Below are positions 31,496 to 32,000 of a stretch of DNA of 32,000 nucleotides, piece by piece. Under the pieces are notes generated by a model. The model saw nothing but the letters and a program-made list of their open reading frames with translations, searched no databases and had not been told where the DNA came from. The translations under genes were made by a program, and so were the position numbers. Each line of letters opens with the position of its first letter. The stretch's first letter is position 1. The stretch lies in sequence record PQ559670.1. One strand, written 5' to 3'. The DNA is from Microbacterium phage Fulton.

Positions 31496-31830
31496 TGGGC
31501 GCGCTTCAGTACACCCGTGCAGAGGCCAGGCTCCTGGCTGACGGGTACACCCCCGAGCAGATCATCATGCGCAGGGAGATGGAAACCCGCACGCGGTTCC
31601 ATGCATCCCAGCTGCCCAACGTGATCAATGCACAGCCTGGTGACACCGTCACGCTCAGTGCTGCACTCGATGAGGTCATGGGTCCACAGTCGGTCGACAA
31701 GGAAGTCGCTCTGGAGGCCTGGTCCATCATCAACGAGCACGGTGAGGGTCTGGTGCTCAACTGGCAGCAGTGGCCCATCGTGCAGAAGCTGGTGGAGCAG
31801 GCTATCATCTCAGGTCGCGCCGGGTCGTAG
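31495..31830 (+). CDS. Hypothetical protein
   Basis: MGALQYTRAEARLLADGYTPEQIIMRREMETRTRF...; coupled (TGATG) to 31280..31495. Confidence 0.65.
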   Translation: MGALQYTRAEARLLADGYTPEQIIMRREMETRTRFHASQLPNVINAQPGDTVTLSAALDEVMGPQSVDKEVALEAWSIINEHGEGLVLNWQQWPIVQKLVEQAIISGRAGS

Positions 31831-32000
31831 GCTCGTGTGGCCTTGCGGTGCCCTGACTGCGGTCGTCGGTTTCGCTGGTGGCAATGGCTGAAGCTATTAG
31901 CTCACCGTTTCTAATCTTCCTCATGGGGATGGGGATGCCCGGTCTGGGGTCCGGGAAGCCGGTGCTAGGGCTGCTCCGCCTGGGGAGGCAGCGGCCCTAG

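Overview
This 32-kb window is a segment of a high-GC, tailed (siphovirus-like) actinobacteriophage genome; a Streptomyces-type host is an inference. It has two converging arms. The + strand (about 1-11.2 kb) is a structural/lysis module: major tail protein, two-part tail assembly chaperone with a likely -1 frameshift (GGGGGGC), tape measure protein with 132-bp tandem repeats, FN3-type and other minor tail proteins, an M15/VanY-like endolysin and small membrane proteins (holin candidates). A symmetric hairpin at 11216-11245 separates it from a long - strand early/replication module: prim-pol/RepA-like helicase, VRR-NUC nuclease, acidic DUF669-like protein, Sak4-like RecA ATPase, Cas4/RecB-like exonuclease, family A DNA polymerase, a tRNA-like element, a Lys/Ala-tailed protein and an SNF2-like helicase. 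The most interesting part is about 21.8-28.7 kb. It has the gene content of a DNA base-hypermodification pathway: MazG/PRA-PH-like nucleotide pyrophosphohydrolase, P-loop deoxynucleotide kinase, two paralogous TET-associated-glycosyltransferase (TAGT)-like proteins, a thymidylate-synthase homologue with the dCMP-hydroxymethylase-type Asn-to-Asp substitution, and an alpha-glutamyl/putrescinyl-thymine pyrophosphorylase-like (aGPT-PPlase) protein, interspersed with tiny unannotated ORFs. Other notable items are a 70-nt tRNA-Ala(UGC)-like element with G3:U70 and A73 but an anticodon stem short by exactly 3 bp, a small protein with a Streptomyces-type LAXTG sorting signal, a recurrent promoter class (TTGCGC-N17/18-TANNCT-like), two apparently leaderless genes, and two palindromic operator-like sites 40 bp apart at the divergent promoter region. 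No integrase, CRISPR array or transposon is visible. All family calls were made by eye from motifs, without database searches.
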